DNA from: Octopus vulgaris
Taxonomy: Eukaryota
NCBI GenBank assembly: GCA_951406725.2
Contig: OX597814.1
Span: forward strand, 102,424,001 to 102,488,000
Direction of reading: 5' to 3'
DNA length: 64,000 nucleotides
The notes beneath the pieces are model-generated. The model was not told the DNA's origin, did no database searches, and saw nothing but the letters and a program-made list of their open reading frames with translations. Below are positions 26,867 through 40,825 of this stretch, in pieces (positions within the stretch are counted from its first letter, which is position 1; each line of letters opens with the position of its first letter). The translations under genes and the position numbers were made by a program.

Positions 26867-29800
26867 TACATAGTTTGAGAATACTTTCCTCCTACCCACC
26901 CAACCAGCCTCAGAGGCCCTGTAAAGTGTCATGATGTCATGAGCAATTCCTTCCCTCCTGACTAAAAAATACACCATATTTTGATGGTATGTAAGATGCA
27001 TTATTTTTGTTTTGTTAAAAATGTCTCCAAAAATCACTTCCAGTCCTATTTGCAAAGTTGGACTGCCCATTAGCTAATTTTGTCCCCGGTATTTTTTCCT
27101 CAATATGCACTGCTGAAATTGAGGTGTCTCTAATATGCCTATGTATAATGCCATCAAATAATGTATATAGCAAAGAAAACAACTCATTTGCCTGTTTTCA
27201 TTTTTACTTTTGATAATATTTAACATGTTAAGTTTTTTTTTTATATTCATGAAATAACATGATGGTGTTTGGTGTTTTATCAATTGTGACCCTGTCGGCT
27301 GATAGACTGAGATTTGATACTGTTATACACCCCTTAGCTCAAATTGTTTTAAATTACCCTTTATATTTTAGTTTAGTACTTTGTCATTTTTCTTGAAGTA
27401 ATTTGTAGTTGGTGTTGTTCTCAACTTGTGTATATATTAGTGTTTGTTGTGCTCACTTACAAAAATATTTTCTTGGTTTGTTGTTTGTTTAAGTAGTTTG
27501 ACACTATAGTTAATGAAAATCAGAATATATAATCTCATGCCCATAAAATATTTCTCTTTACCTTATCTGACCTTACTATTTAACTTTCACACTTCATCCT
27601 CATTATAATGGCAGTGTTTTCATAAGTCTCAGTGTTTTATGCCTCTGTGTATGAAAATTAGACCATGTTATAAGGCACAATAAGTATGATGCTGTAACGC
27701 ACTAAAACATATGTAGTAATTACAGAAAACATTTAATGATCAGAGAGAAATGTATAATGTAAACTTGCAATTTTATAAGTTAACACTGAATGCACTTGGA
27801 CTGTCTTAATCTTATTTCAATTCTTGTCACATCTAGGATAGGAATATTGGATCAATCTGGCACTTGATCTCTAGAAGAATTTGGCTTTGGAAACTGTACT
27901 GTCTTAAAGGATTAGTTACAGGAACATTGGTAGTTGACTAGGGGCTCTACAGGTCTAGGGGCCCAGTGGTAATCTATGTATGCCATGGTTTGCTGTCAAT
28001 GTATGTATACAGTAGACTCCAGAGCATTGCTTTGCTTGGAAATATTTGAACTTAGAATGTAAAGGGCCATAACTAGTATGCACCTCCTATCAAGAATATT
28101 GGTCTGATGTGTACAGAAGAAATAATATTTATATGCACATGAAATATATAAGTGGAGATGAGAATGACAAGATCAATAGTAATAATGAGGGAACTTCTAT
28201 GTAGTAACTTAACCAGCTCAAACTTCCTTTGTTTGTATCACTCATTCCTGTCTTAACCTCTGATACCAACCTGCCTCTGACTACACTGGGGCTATAATTC
28301 AAATTTTATGTTTTAAAATAACTGAAATTAAAACTTTCCATGAAAATATCATTTTGATTTGTGTTCCAAACACCAGCCTATAATGACAAAGTAATTTTAT
28401 TAAATTCCTTATTACTTTCAAAATAAAATAAAACAAAGGCAACATATTTCAACAGAAGAGCAGGACATATTAAATAATGTAGCCCTAATATACAGGATGG
28501 TCAAAGGTGGAGTATCTTTGATCAGAGGTCTACTCAAATGAAGCTTGTCTCATACTAAACAATGATATCAGAAAAAGGATAAATTTTGTACTAAATCCTA
28601 GTGCAAAACATAACTCTTCCTGTTTCAATTTATCTGTCCTAGAAATGAGATACTACTTGCAAGTTCAAACAAACTGGATAATGACAGTACAGTTATGTAG
28701 CTTATATTTTTGATTTGAAATCCTGCCAAAGCAAAACAAGGCCAAGAAAAAGATAGTCTTTTATGAATTGTTAAAAAAAAAACAAAAAAAAATAATCAAG
28801 AATGACTCTAAGCACAGTATTATTTATGCTGATATTGCTTGGGTGGGGAGGGGGGGGGGCAGTTCCTCATTAGTCTTTTGCACTAGTTATTGAAAGAGTT
28901 TAACTATCCTACCTTATAAGAGCAATACTCAAAAGTGAAATGTTTATGGGCTTCACACACAGAGAGCTCTCCTTCATAGCCTAAATTATTTTATACTCTG
29001 TTCTAGCTATGACAATTTTTGAAATTGCAAGTACCAAAATCATCTGTTATTATTGTCCTTATATTATTACTGTTGCTATCATCACCATCATTAGCTCTCC
29101 TCATCACTTTTCTGCAATTTGACATAATAATATGGTTGCATAGAAAATACTCATCATTTTTGTCCATTTATTTTATTTATTTGTATGCATTTTTGTGTGT
29201 GTTATTTCATCATAGATTTATTTTCATCACTGCCTTCTATAATTCTGAACTGACAGATATTTATTTATTTATTTATTCACTATTACAAAAATATTAACTG
29301 TCAGCCTCCTTACTATTCTATTCTAAATGAGATAAAGAAACAAGCAACTAACTAATAAATTAAATAAACAAACAACTAACCAAAATAAATAATTAAATAG
29401 AGACGTTCCAAATCTGTCATGTTTCTCAAAAATGAAATATTGAAAAAATTACATTAAATAATTGTCTTCATATTTTCAGATTTTGCTCTTAATTTTATTA
29501 GTGATCCTTAGATTAACATTTAAGCTACTCAAATTAAATTTCATTATTCATCATTATTTAATTTTAATTTTTTTTTTTTTTGCCCCTGATCCTTAAATTT
29601 TTAATTGAGTGAATCTGATCCCACATAACTTCAAATTACTAAATTAGATCAATCTGAAACAAATATGCCTATATTTTACAAGAACAGAAAGAAAGAATAC
29701 AATGAACAATGATTAATCACAGTAGCATTGTTAGTTCTTTAATTTGTCTTTTATACATTTTTAAAAACTTTTTAAAGAATTTTTTTCAAATTTCAATTTT

Positions 29801-29969
29801 GAATACTCAATGCTGCAGATATTTTCAACTGTCTTTTTAATACCATTTTGAAATAATACACTTGATGAAGTTTTGTGTTTCAGTCATAATTTTTATTTTT
29901 ATCATAATACCATATTTGACAGCATAAAAGGGGCTCAGGTATATTAGACACACCCCTATTCCAACAGCA

Positions 29970-30170
29970 CATATCCAGTTACAAGTGGTATCCAAGAGAT
30001 AGAAAAAGGTCACTTGGAAGGCTACCTTAAAAATGGGAAGACAATTTTGTTAAACTATTTGGATCAAGATGGAAAAGAAGAGAGCAATCAAGAAGGAATT
30101 GGAAGTGCATTGTGACCAGTGATGTATAACAACATCCGATAGTCTGATTGGTACTGTGATACAGTGATAT
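29970..30170 (+). mobile_element. RTE-clade LINE 3' fragment
   Basis: Encodes KWYPRDRKRSLGRLP...WEDNF, like the RTE C-terminal WxPRxxKRxxGRP motif. Confidence 0.6.
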
Positions 30171-30830
30171 TCAAGAAAAATGTTTTTAGTGAATAACTCT
30201 TTCGCATTCAGATTACTCTGTCAAATTTAATTCATATTGTTCTGAATTAACCATGCCTTAGGTATGAAAGGCTAAATTCAGCTGGTTTGAGCAAAAAACA
30301 GGTAGAATATTTGGGTTGGATATGACCAGTTTAAATGCTAAAGAGTAAAAACTTATGGGTGACCCAACTTTATATATAGAACCCAGGGTGATTTTTTTTG
30401 AAACATTTTAAAACAAAAACGTGTCTTATATGTCATCAAATACAGTAGTTAGCTAATCATTCCTTGTTATTTTGTTTGCGTCTTTCTTCATCACAGTAAG
30501 TATGAATATAAGTTGTTATTAATATCCAAAGCATACACCATCTTGTTCTATTTATTGTTTAGCTCAGATCAGTTGTGTTTCTGCAGACCTATGATCAAAA
30601 GCATTCTAGTCATGATCACCCAATCATTTACCTTGTGTGCACATTTGTGTGTGATGTTAGAGAAATGTAGTTGCTATTTTAGTAGAAAACTAAACCGTGT
30701 AGAAACTCCCTTGTAGGCCTTCTTAGTTGTTTCACACATTATTTTGTGATCTTTTTTCTCCATTTTTTTTTAGGTTTTGGTTATCATTGTTGCTATTATT
30801 ATGAGTTTTTCTTTCAATTATTATTATCAT

Positions 30831-31145
30831 TCAGTAGTTTTATTTTTATAACGGGCTTTCACTTCACTACCGAGCGCAGTTCTGTGTGCCTTGGGTATGT
30901 GCTGTGATTTGTTGTGATGCTCTGATGGTTACTGTATTGAAAGTGTTCTGCGTAGGACGTGTGCAGTGCCTAATAGTGCAATTTTCTCTATGTTATATGT
31001 GTTTGTAAGTCCTGGTGTTTTTGTTATGTATTTGTCTGAATATTTTTTTTATCATGCCTAATGCATCTACTATGATAGGAATTGTTTCTGTTTTTAGATT
31101 CCACATTCTAGTTACCTCTATTTCCAGGTCTTTGTATTTTGAAAG

Positions 31146-31148
<3 letters not shown>
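30831..31148 (-). mobile_element. R4/Dong-clade (RLE) LINE 3' fragment in (TAA)n
   Basis: Minus strand encodes KLSKYKDLEIEVTRMWNLKTETIPIIVDALG...IEKIALLGTAHVLRRTLSIQ* (stop 30929-30931); flanked by (TAA)n on its sense strand. Confidence 0.85.
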
Positions 31149-31187
<39 letters not shown>

Positions 31188-31188
31188 T

Positions 31189-31245
<57 letters not shown>

Positions 31246-31283
31246 TAATAATAATAATAATTAATAATAATAATAATAATAAT
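31149..31283. repeat. Adjacent (TTA)n and (TAA)n microsatellites
   Basis: (TTA)n switches to (TAA)n at ~31188. Confidence 0.95.
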
Positions 31284-31296
31284 AAAAAATAAAAAA

Positions 31297-32447
31297 AGGC
31301 AGTGAGCTGGCAGAATCATTATCCTGGTGGACAAAATGCTGAGTGGCATTTCTTCTGTTTTTATGTTCCAAATTCAAATGCTGCTGAGGTCAACATCGCT
31401 TTTTGTCCTTCAGGGTTGACGAAATAAGTACTAGTTGAGCATTGGGGTCAATGTAATCAACTAGCTTCCTCTCCACAAAACTTTCAGACCTCACACCTAT
31501 AATAAAAAGGATCCTCCTCCTCATCATCATCATCACCATCACCACCATCATCATGGTAGTGTAGCAAGCTGGCTGATCCTTTACTGCACCCAGACTTTGT
31601 GACATTTCTTCTAACTTTAGTTTCTGAGTTCAAATGCCAGGGTTGGTTGACTTTTCTTTTTTCTTTTCAGGGTTGATAAAATAAATACCAGTCAAGCACA
31701 CACAGTCAATCTCATTGACTTCTCCCTCTATAAAGTTGCTGGCCTTGTGCCTAAAGTAGAAAGAATCACTTGTTATGGCACTACATTATACTTGTCAATT
31801 TAAATAACTATATTTTCTTAATACTGTGAGACAAAAATGATTATTTTGGTTAAGTAGTTATCTATAACAAACATTGTAGTTTAGGAAATCCATTATACAG
31901 TGACAGCTACATTTCCTTTTGTTCTACTACTTTGCTACCAAATATCAGGTATGTTTTTATTGTTTTTGCTGTTGCTAAGGTGAGGAGCTGGCAGAATTAT
32001 TAATGCATCAGACAAAATATCTAGTGGCATTTCTTCCACTTCTTTATACTCTGAGTTCAAATTCTGCCAAGATCACCGTTACTTTTATTCTCGTGGGGCT
32101 GATAAAATGAAGTACCAGTCAAGTTCTGGAGTTGATGCAAGCAACTTTGCCCCTACTCTAAAATTGCTGGCTTTGTGCCAAAATCTGAAACCTTTGTTGT
32201 TGTTGTTGTTATCATCATCATAATTGTCTAAGGCGACGAGCTTGCAGAATTGTTGGCATGCTGGGTAAAATGCTTAGTAGTATTTTGTCCTTCTTCACGT
32301 TCTGTGTTGAAATTCTGCTGAGGTTGACTTTGCCTTTCATCTTTTCAGGGTCAATAAATTAAGTATCAGTGAAACACTGAAGTCGATGTAATCAACTCAT
32401 CCTCTTCCCTAAAATGGCTACCCTTGTGGCAAAATTTGAAACTGTTG

Positions 32448-32487
<40 letters not shown>

Positions 32488-32705
32488 GGTGAGCTGGCAG
32501 AATTGTTAGAACACCAGGCAATATGCTTAGCAGTATTTCATCCATCTTTACATTCTGAGTTCAAATTCCACCAAGGTTGATCCTTTCAGGGTCAATAAAC
32601 TAAGTTCCAGTTGAGCAGTGGGGCTAGTGTAATCAACTCAAAACCCCTTCCTGAAATTACTGGCCTTATGCCAAAATATGAAACCATTATTGTTATTATT
32701 ATTGT
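31297..32705 (+). mobile_element. Cluster of about five co-oriented SINEs with type B tail (...gtgccaaaatttgaaacc-(ATT)n)
   Basis: Heads (gg)tgagctggcagaat at ~31298, ~31560, ~31979, ~32231 and ~32488; most are preceded by ATT/ATC/GTT-type repeats. Confidence 0.8.
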
Positions 32706-34341
32706 TTCCTCAGAATGCTCTCTTCTTCATTTTTTAGGAATCTTGAGAAAACTGAGAGTCATCTTTCCAGTCCCAGTTATTACTCATTAAATAAAATTGG
32801 TAACTATCTCTGTATGAATAGAGACAATATAGAGTAGTGAGTAAGTCTTGCAGGGTACAAGGCAATCTCACTGATGCTGGTGCCATGATAAAATGCAACT
32901 AGTACACTCTCTAAAGTTGTTGGGGAATGAGTGAAGACAATACATAGTTGAGATAATTGTTTAGCCTGGTTGAGAACATGACAACCTCTCTATGTTGGTG
33001 CAATGATAACATGCATTCATAGTGCACTCTATATAGTAGTTGGTGCTAGGAAAGGAATCCAGTTGTGTAAACCTTGGTAAAAATGAAATATATGAGTAGC
33101 TATTTTCTTCTATCCCATATAGAAGAGAAATATTTCAGGATAAAAACTAACTTAGACTGTGATGTTCTCTCCATGGAAAGTGATGATGAGGATGAGATTG
33201 GTAATGCCACTGATGCCAACTCTGACAATAACAATCTTTGTAGTATGGCTAAATTGCCACTTACTGAGTGAAAGTAGGACTGTCCTTTAGAGATGTATGT
33301 ATCTGGATGAAGACATTTAACTAGACAAAATATGGAATGCAAGCAACCCATATATATATATAGTCATTTGTAATATAGTATTAACTCCAGGAACAAGAAA
33401 CTCCAAGCAGCACCTCAAAATCAATAAATGACATGAGGGAGTGATTTTATCTGGTCTATTGGTATCTAATTAGAAAAATTTCAAGAGGTGAGTTGTAATG
33501 GTAAGGATGATGTTTATAGCAGTAATTACTATTATAGTGGTGGTGGTTGTGGTGGTGGTGACAGTGGCGCCACTGCTGCTGTCATCGTCATTGCAATGAT
33601 TATGGTAATTACAATGAACTGAATGATAATTGTAAATACGATGAAGTAGATGGCGATGATAATGATAATTATGAAGAAGTGGACTATGATGATATGATGA
33701 TGTTGCTGCCATCACTGATGACATAGATGACCATAGCGATAATGATAAATTGATAATGATGATAATAGTATTTTTGATGAAGTGGATAATATGGAAATGA
33801 TAATTATAAATGGGCGGTGCTATTAAATTAGACATGGCCTGGGCCTATACTGGCCGAAACCTATCAAAGTTATTTATAAATAGATGACAATCACAGTGAT
33901 GATAATAGTACAAACAGCAACCACTAAGTGAATAGACTCTTGATTTATGTATTTGAGATGTGGTCCCTCAGAAATGGAAAGCATTGAACCTTGGTGCTTA
34001 ACTACCACTGTAGCTCTCTCTGCTATAAACATGGGTCCACATCGCCATCACTGCTGCCTCTGTCTTTGCCATGGTTACTGCCATTATTTAATGTCTGCTT
34101 TTCTTTGCCTGCACATGTTAGATGGAGTTTGCTGAAGCAGATTTTCTACAGCTGGATGCCCTTACTTCAAACAACTCCTGTCTGTTTCCAAGCAAGTTAA
34201 CATTTCCCAGTACCAGAAACATGACCATACATGTTTTTCAGAAAAGACTGGAAATGAACATCACATGGTGATGCTTGCTTACAGCCATCACATCGTGTTA
34301 CAGTGAGGGTAGACACAAACACATATATGGGCATGCACACA

Positions 34342-34380
<39 letters not shown>

Positions 34381-35431
34381 GCTTCTTTCAGTTTCTATCT
34401 GCTAAATCCACTTACAAGGCTTTAGTCACCCAGTGGCTATAGTAGAAGCCACTTACCCAAAATGCTGTGCTGTAGCACCAAACCCAAAACTACATGGTTG
34501 AAGAACTGACAGAAATTAAACTAGTTATCATGATGATGATGATGATGACTGTGATGACAATCATTTTAAACCTAATTGTTAATATCTATGATCAAAAGTT
34601 TTCCAGAACCTTCCTATCATTTTAGAGAAATCTAGAAAGTCATTATCCAATATGTCCTCTTTTTCATGATGTTGAGATATAATTCAAGGGGAATTTAGCT
34701 GTTATTTCTTGCAAGTTGAGCAACCATATTTTGTTGATGAAGGAGGTGGCACTATGATACTGATGATAGCGAAGATGAAAGCAATGATAATGGTGATGAC
34801 AATAATACTAATGATGTCAATGATGATGGTTTATTTACTATAGGAACATCAGATGAGATGGGTACATTACAAGGAGAGTTCACATGATAAAATGTGCCCA
34901 GTCTACTCTATGAGTAGTTTGTGATAAGGAGGACATGCAACTGTAAAAATCATTTTGTTAAAATGAAAAAATAGTTGTGTTGTCAGATGACAAAGAGCCA
35001 TGACAGAAGGTGAGATGTTTTAGAACCCATGCAACTTATGCAAGCATGTTAAAAAAAGGACATAATTTTATTATTGTTTACTTCTTTGTTATGTACATTG
35101 GTAATTCCCTCATAACTTACCTTAACCCTTTTGTTACTGTATTTAGCCTTCCAGCTTTCCAGCCCTGGTCAAACTGTCCAACCCATGCCAGTATGGGCAA
35201 CAGACATTAAATGGTGATAATGATGATGATGATCCCTGGGTTTAACAGGCTGTCATTATGTTCAGAATGTCTTGAATATCCCAATAAGCTCTGGCTTCAT
35301 GAGCCTGTAGGCTCAAGGCAGACTTTATTCACTCTGGTAGACAGCTGGATCATAATAGAGAGAAATTTGAAGTTGAAATAAACACTGTCAAATAACAGAC
35401 CCCGAAACAGAAGGTACATTATTCTCTAGTA

Positions 35432-35733
35432 CAGTGATTCCCAGACTTATTTTGTCATGGAATCCTCATAGTTTCCCAAAAATCACAGTACCTATACTAT
35501 ATTTTACAGACACTACTCCTCCTCCACCTCACCACCACCCTAATTTAAATAAGACATTAATCATCATCATCACCACCACCATTTAATGTCCATTTTTCCA
35601 TGCTGGTATGGGTTAGATGGTTTGACAGGAACTGATGAGCCAGAGGACTGCACTAAGCTTCAGTGTCTGCTTTGACATGGTTTCTATGGGTGGATACCCT
35701 TCCTAATGTCAACCACCTTCTAGAATGTATTGG

Positions 35734-35778
<45 letters not shown>

Positions 35779-35943
35779 AAGTATATTTATATATAAAACA
35801 AAATGTTACTTAATATGAAAATAGTGAATACCATAGTTTTCATTTAAAAAATTTTGTATTAAGTTATATTAAAAGACAAAAAGCACTTTTTTTTTAATAG
35901 AACTCTGGAATTTTTTTCCCAAAAACCACTTTGCGAAAAGCTG
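35432..35943. mobile_element. hAT/Charlie-like MITE with nested SINE fragment
   Basis: CAGTGATTCCCA...TTTGCGAAAAGCTG termini; 8-bp flanks CTCTAGTA and CTCTTGTA (Charlie-type NTCTAGAN target). Confidence 0.6.
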
Positions 35944-36802
35944 CTCTTGTACATAACCTATGAGGTGTTGTCTTGTCTCCACTTTTCTTTGTAATTTATC
36001 TGTTGGGATATAAGTTTCTGTTTAGCTATGTTTTGTTCTAATTTTAGCCGATTTCCAAAACAAAGTCTATCTTTGTATTGTAAGTATAAAAATGCTTCTG
36101 CCAGTTAATTATATAGTCTGTTAATTATAGATTCTATGATTCTAAAGCCACTGGCTGGCAAAAGCAATCACGTGTGAGTCTGTGTGTGTCTACATACACA
36201 CATACACATTACATGTGGTGGGGTTTATATGCTTCAGATATCAAGAAAATCTTCTTTCAATGTACAAAGATTGCTGGCTTAACTCCAAATTTCAAACAAT
36301 AAACTTATATTGTGTGCGAGCATGCATGCATGTGTGTGTCTTGTTTTCCTTTTGTGATTTTCCTATCAGTCTGTGGCAATTTAAATTCTTGAACCTATAC
36401 CAGTGTTATCAAATACTTAATACTCAATAAGTTGCTACCCTCATCCTACTTAGTTTTCTTGTTCTTTTAATTTAGTAATTATAAAATAAAGAAAATCTTT
36501 TAAGATAAATTTTGCATGATTTAAATCATACCACTTTGACCAGTCTGGTTTTGACATCATTATTTTATCATAATTGGGAAAACTTCATTTAATGTTAGGT
36601 TTTGATTAGTTTTTTTTTTATTGGACATGGATTTATGTTTCACTTCTAACCATGATATTTTATTGGTCTTTGGGTTTTTTCAGAGTCATAGGGATGCCTT
36701 TTTGACATATACAGCATGTCTTAAGCATTTAGGCCTAGTGGAGCTCAGTATTCTCCAAGTTTGATCATAGCTGATTTTTCTTCTTCTGTGTGTATGTAAG
36801 TG

Positions 36803-36843
<41 letters not shown>

Positions 36844-39016
36844 AACCCCAGTAATTAACTGATACTTTATCTACTTGAAAAGGATGACGGACAGGGCTGA
36901 CTTTGGCAGAATTTGAACTCGGAGTGTAGAGAGCCGGAGTGAATGCTGCTAGCATTCTACCTACCACTCTGAGAGCTCTTCTAATTTGATTCCTGGTTAT
37001 TAATTTGGTAGAATTGTTTCAAGGTAATTAAGGGTAAAAAAGATGATGAATTATATTGACTTTTAATCATTTTTAAAGCTCAAACTGTAAGATACTGAGC
37101 ACTTTATACATTACACTGTTCTATCTTGTAATTAATGATTAAAGAACCATTCCATCTTTTAATCTGCTCTGTTGGTATCAGTTAAATTTTATTGTTCAGT
37201 TTGCTTTCTAGGTATTCTACTCGTGAGTATATTAGGTATGTTAGACACTTGGAAGCAAATTTTTTACCAGAAAAGATCAAATTTTAAAGAATTTGAAAAA
37301 TTGAGTGTCTTATATAGAACCTGGCTCTTGTATGTCATTGTCATCATCATCATCATCATCATTTAACATCTGTTTTCCATTCTGGTATGCAACATGTTGG
37401 TTTGACAGCTCCAATGTCAGCTTTGGCATAACTTCTGCAGTTGGATAGCCTTCCTCATACTAATCACTTTACAATGTGTACTGAGTGTTTTTTTTTTTTC
37501 ATGCCACCGGCACTAGTGGATTGCCTTGTAACTTGCTAGATGGGAAAAGAACAGGAAAAATGATCCCTGCCTCTTCAACTATGTAGGGTAGGGCCTTTGA
37601 AATGGGCAGTGAATTTATGCAAGGTTATGAGAAGCTAAAGTATAATATAGGGACAAGCACAGGTGTCTTCAATAAAGGAGATACATGGCTATCCTGCATT
37701 ATGTAATGGTGGGAAGAAGTGGCTGGAAAGAATGTAGAGATAGGGATGAAGAGATGCCAGAGCATCTCAAAATACAAGAGTATATAAGAGGGGACACAGA
37801 TGGTAGATCAAAGGGGAAAGAGGGTAGTTTCATAAGTATGTAAGGGGAGAGAAAAAGATGATTATATTTTCATATTAAGGATTTAACTACTATGAAATCT
37901 TGGCATTTGACTACAAATTAAATGTAAAAACCTTAATGTTTTAATTTATTTTAATTTATTACTGAACTCAGAATCTCTCCAAATAAATCATGTCATTTCT
38001 GAGACTTCTGCTCTGAATTTCACCTGCCGTATACAGTTGTAATTGTATATAAAGTCTATTTTAGTTTTTGCTAGTTTTATTTAGAAACTTCAAATTATGT
38101 AACAGTATTCTGTTACATAATCTAAAGCTCACCAGACAGATTTTCTGCCTCTGATTGTCTCCAAATTAAAGTGGTGCCATCTCACATAATCTATTATTTT
38201 GTAGCCATCAAAACAAACTCTTTAATTGGAAGCAGACATGTTATCAACAGAAATATAAAGAGGAAATTTTAGCTTTTGTCTACTGATCTATATTTAGATA
38301 TATGAACCATATCTACCAATAGCAGTATTAAAATATCTTGCAGTGAATTTCAGAAATTGTTGTGAACTCACACAATAGTCTTTGTAGAATAGAAGCATAA
38401 ATATTCCTGCTTGTAGCATATGCAAGATTGTTCAGATGTCCCCTATGAATAACTTAAGATTGTTATCTAAATAAGAACTAATTGAAAGGATCATTATCTC
38501 TTATATTTGCTCATCATTATATCAAGCTTCCTGTTTCTAGAAATCTGATACTCCAATGTCATTAAATTGGATGTAATTATTGGTTCTATTATCAAAATTA
38601 CCATTTAAAACACTTGTAAGGATTGGCTGCAATAATCTCTCTAAGAATGGCAAATACAAATTCCTGTCTGTGTTTAAGTAAAAAAATTAAATTATTTATA
38701 GCTGCTGATGTATATATATGTATATATATATATATTTCCTTCTGGCTGTCACTGGGTTAAGTGACAGCTGGAGGGAAAGGATAATGGAGCTGAGAAGGTG
38801 TCTATATCTGCTCACAACTACATAACCGTCTAAAATGATTAATAAGAGCACAGCACAAATTGAAAGTGACAGTGGGCTATACTTCTCAGTTGTGGATTGC
38901 CTTGTGCTTTGTAGAGGATCCATAGTTTTGGATGGCTGAAGTATTTTCTGATTAGGGCTGGCCTAGAGACGGAATAATTACAACTCTCAGTTTTACATTC
39001 CAATTGATAAATGTTT

Positions 39017-39335
39017 TCCATCCATGCATCCATTTTCTCTGCCATCTATTCTTAGGAGGGTCATAGAGGTAGAGTCCTCAGGCACCTCCTCCATAGGATC
39101 CTATCAGAAGCAAGTGTCATTATACTTTCCATCGGGATGACCAACTGAGTCTATGAATATTATCCAAGCATCTTATTCTTGGCCTACCTCTATGTCTCCT
39201 GCTGGTTGGCTCAGCTTGAAGAATCTGTCTTGCAACTCTTTCCTGCAACAGTCTAATCACATGTTTTTTCACTCCTCTGTTTCTCTACAAACAATCCTAG
39301 TTACCTCCAGCATTTCAGTTTACTTAATGCCATGA
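39017..39335 (-). mobile_element. RTE (Expander/Rex3-like) LINE 3' fragment
   Basis: Minus strand AEPTSRRHRGRPRIRCL and a (GATG)-type tail; paralogous to 53708-54250. Confidence 0.7.
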
Positions 39336-40654
39336 GACCTTGCTTAATTGAATGACATTACACCTAATGCTTGCTTACAAAACAGCTTTGAAACTACAAA
39401 CATAAAATAGCAATCAAATAAAATGTTCCTTTCCTTCTTGTGTGGATAAGGTGAAATTTAAGATGGCTTTCTGCACCCGTTAGACTAGTAGCTAACTCTA
39501 CATTGTTTTGCTTAGCAGGTGGAACTATTTCTGCAATAATTTGGACCAATCATTGCAAATAAAACAGCTGTTATTGTGTAGGCTATAAGCATGTAACTGT
39601 TCAAATATTAAGCACAGTTAAGTGCTCCTGATCTAGCAATTTTGCTCTTGTCAAACAAGCCAGCTTATATTTAGGTTAGGCACTACTGTTGTTGCAAAAT
39701 CAAACTGGCCTCTGGCCAGTTTACTGTGCATGAGAATCTAAACCAGCCTAACTTCAAGTTTATTTATCTATTTATTTATTTATTTTTATATTTAACTAAT
39801 TCTTTCAGAATATGTCAACCTGTCCTTTAGAAAATTTTCTTAGATGTCACAGCTGTTAGTGTATATATTTTGGTTATTTTCTCTCTATTATCAACAACAA
39901 ATCTCCTCTGTATCTGAAGATCTCAAGTTTATAGTGTCAGTATGTTTAATTTTTTTTCCTCCTTTACTTTTAAAGTTTATGTCATTCTTAGAATGTCATT
40001 CATATTGATTAGCTTTTAAAAATTTTGCTATCTATTTGGTCCAGACTTATGCCGTTTCATATAACAGTTGATATTTTACTGTGTAAGCATGGCTTTGTGG
40101 TTAGAATTTAGCTAGCTTCCCAACTGTGTGGCTCCAGGTTCAGTCCCACTGTGTGACACCTTAGGTGAGTGTCTTTTACTATAAACTCAGGTTGACCAAA
40201 GTCTAGTGAGTAGATTTGTTAGGCGAAACTGAAAGAAGCCTGTTATGTGTGTGTGTGTTTCTTTGTGTTTGTCCACCACCATTACTGCTTGACAACCAAT
40301 GTTATTTTGTTTATGTCCTCATGACTTAGCATCTCAGCAAAAGAGCCTGACAGAATGAGTATGAGGCGTAAAAAATAAGTACTGGGGTTGATTCATTTAA
40401 CCCTAAAACCCATCAAAGTGGTACCCTAGCAAAGCCACAGTCCAATGACTGAAATAAGTAATATATTTATATATATATGTTTATGAATTTATGTTGCAAC
40501 ATTCATGATGTGAAACTATGTGTTGAAACAGATATTGTTATATTTTGGGATGGGTTTTTTTTGTCTTTTTTTTTTGCCAAATAAACACATGCACTATATA
40601 TTCATTCTTCACTTGTTTATTACTGTTCTAAATTTATACATTGTCAATTGTACT

Positions 40655-40825
40655 AATGTTCTGAGTTCAAATTCTGCCAAGGTTGACTTTGTCTTTCATC
40701 CTTTTGGGATTGATAAAATAAGTACTAGTTCAATACTGGAGTTGATATAATTGACTATCCTCTCCCACAAAATTGCTGGCTTTGTGCCAAAATTTGAAAC
40801 CATTATTATTATTATTATTATTATT
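40655..40825 (+). mobile_element. SINE (type B tail) whose (ATT)n tail hosts the Tx1 insertion
   Basis: ctgagttcaaattctgccaaggttgactttg...gtgccaaaatttgaaaccattattatt immediately before the LINE 5' end. Confidence 0.8.

Noticed and set aside
33470-33835. 121-aa His/Thr-rich minus-strand ORF
   Set aside because: Degenerate (GAT/GGT)n low-complexity sequence with no splice or homology support.
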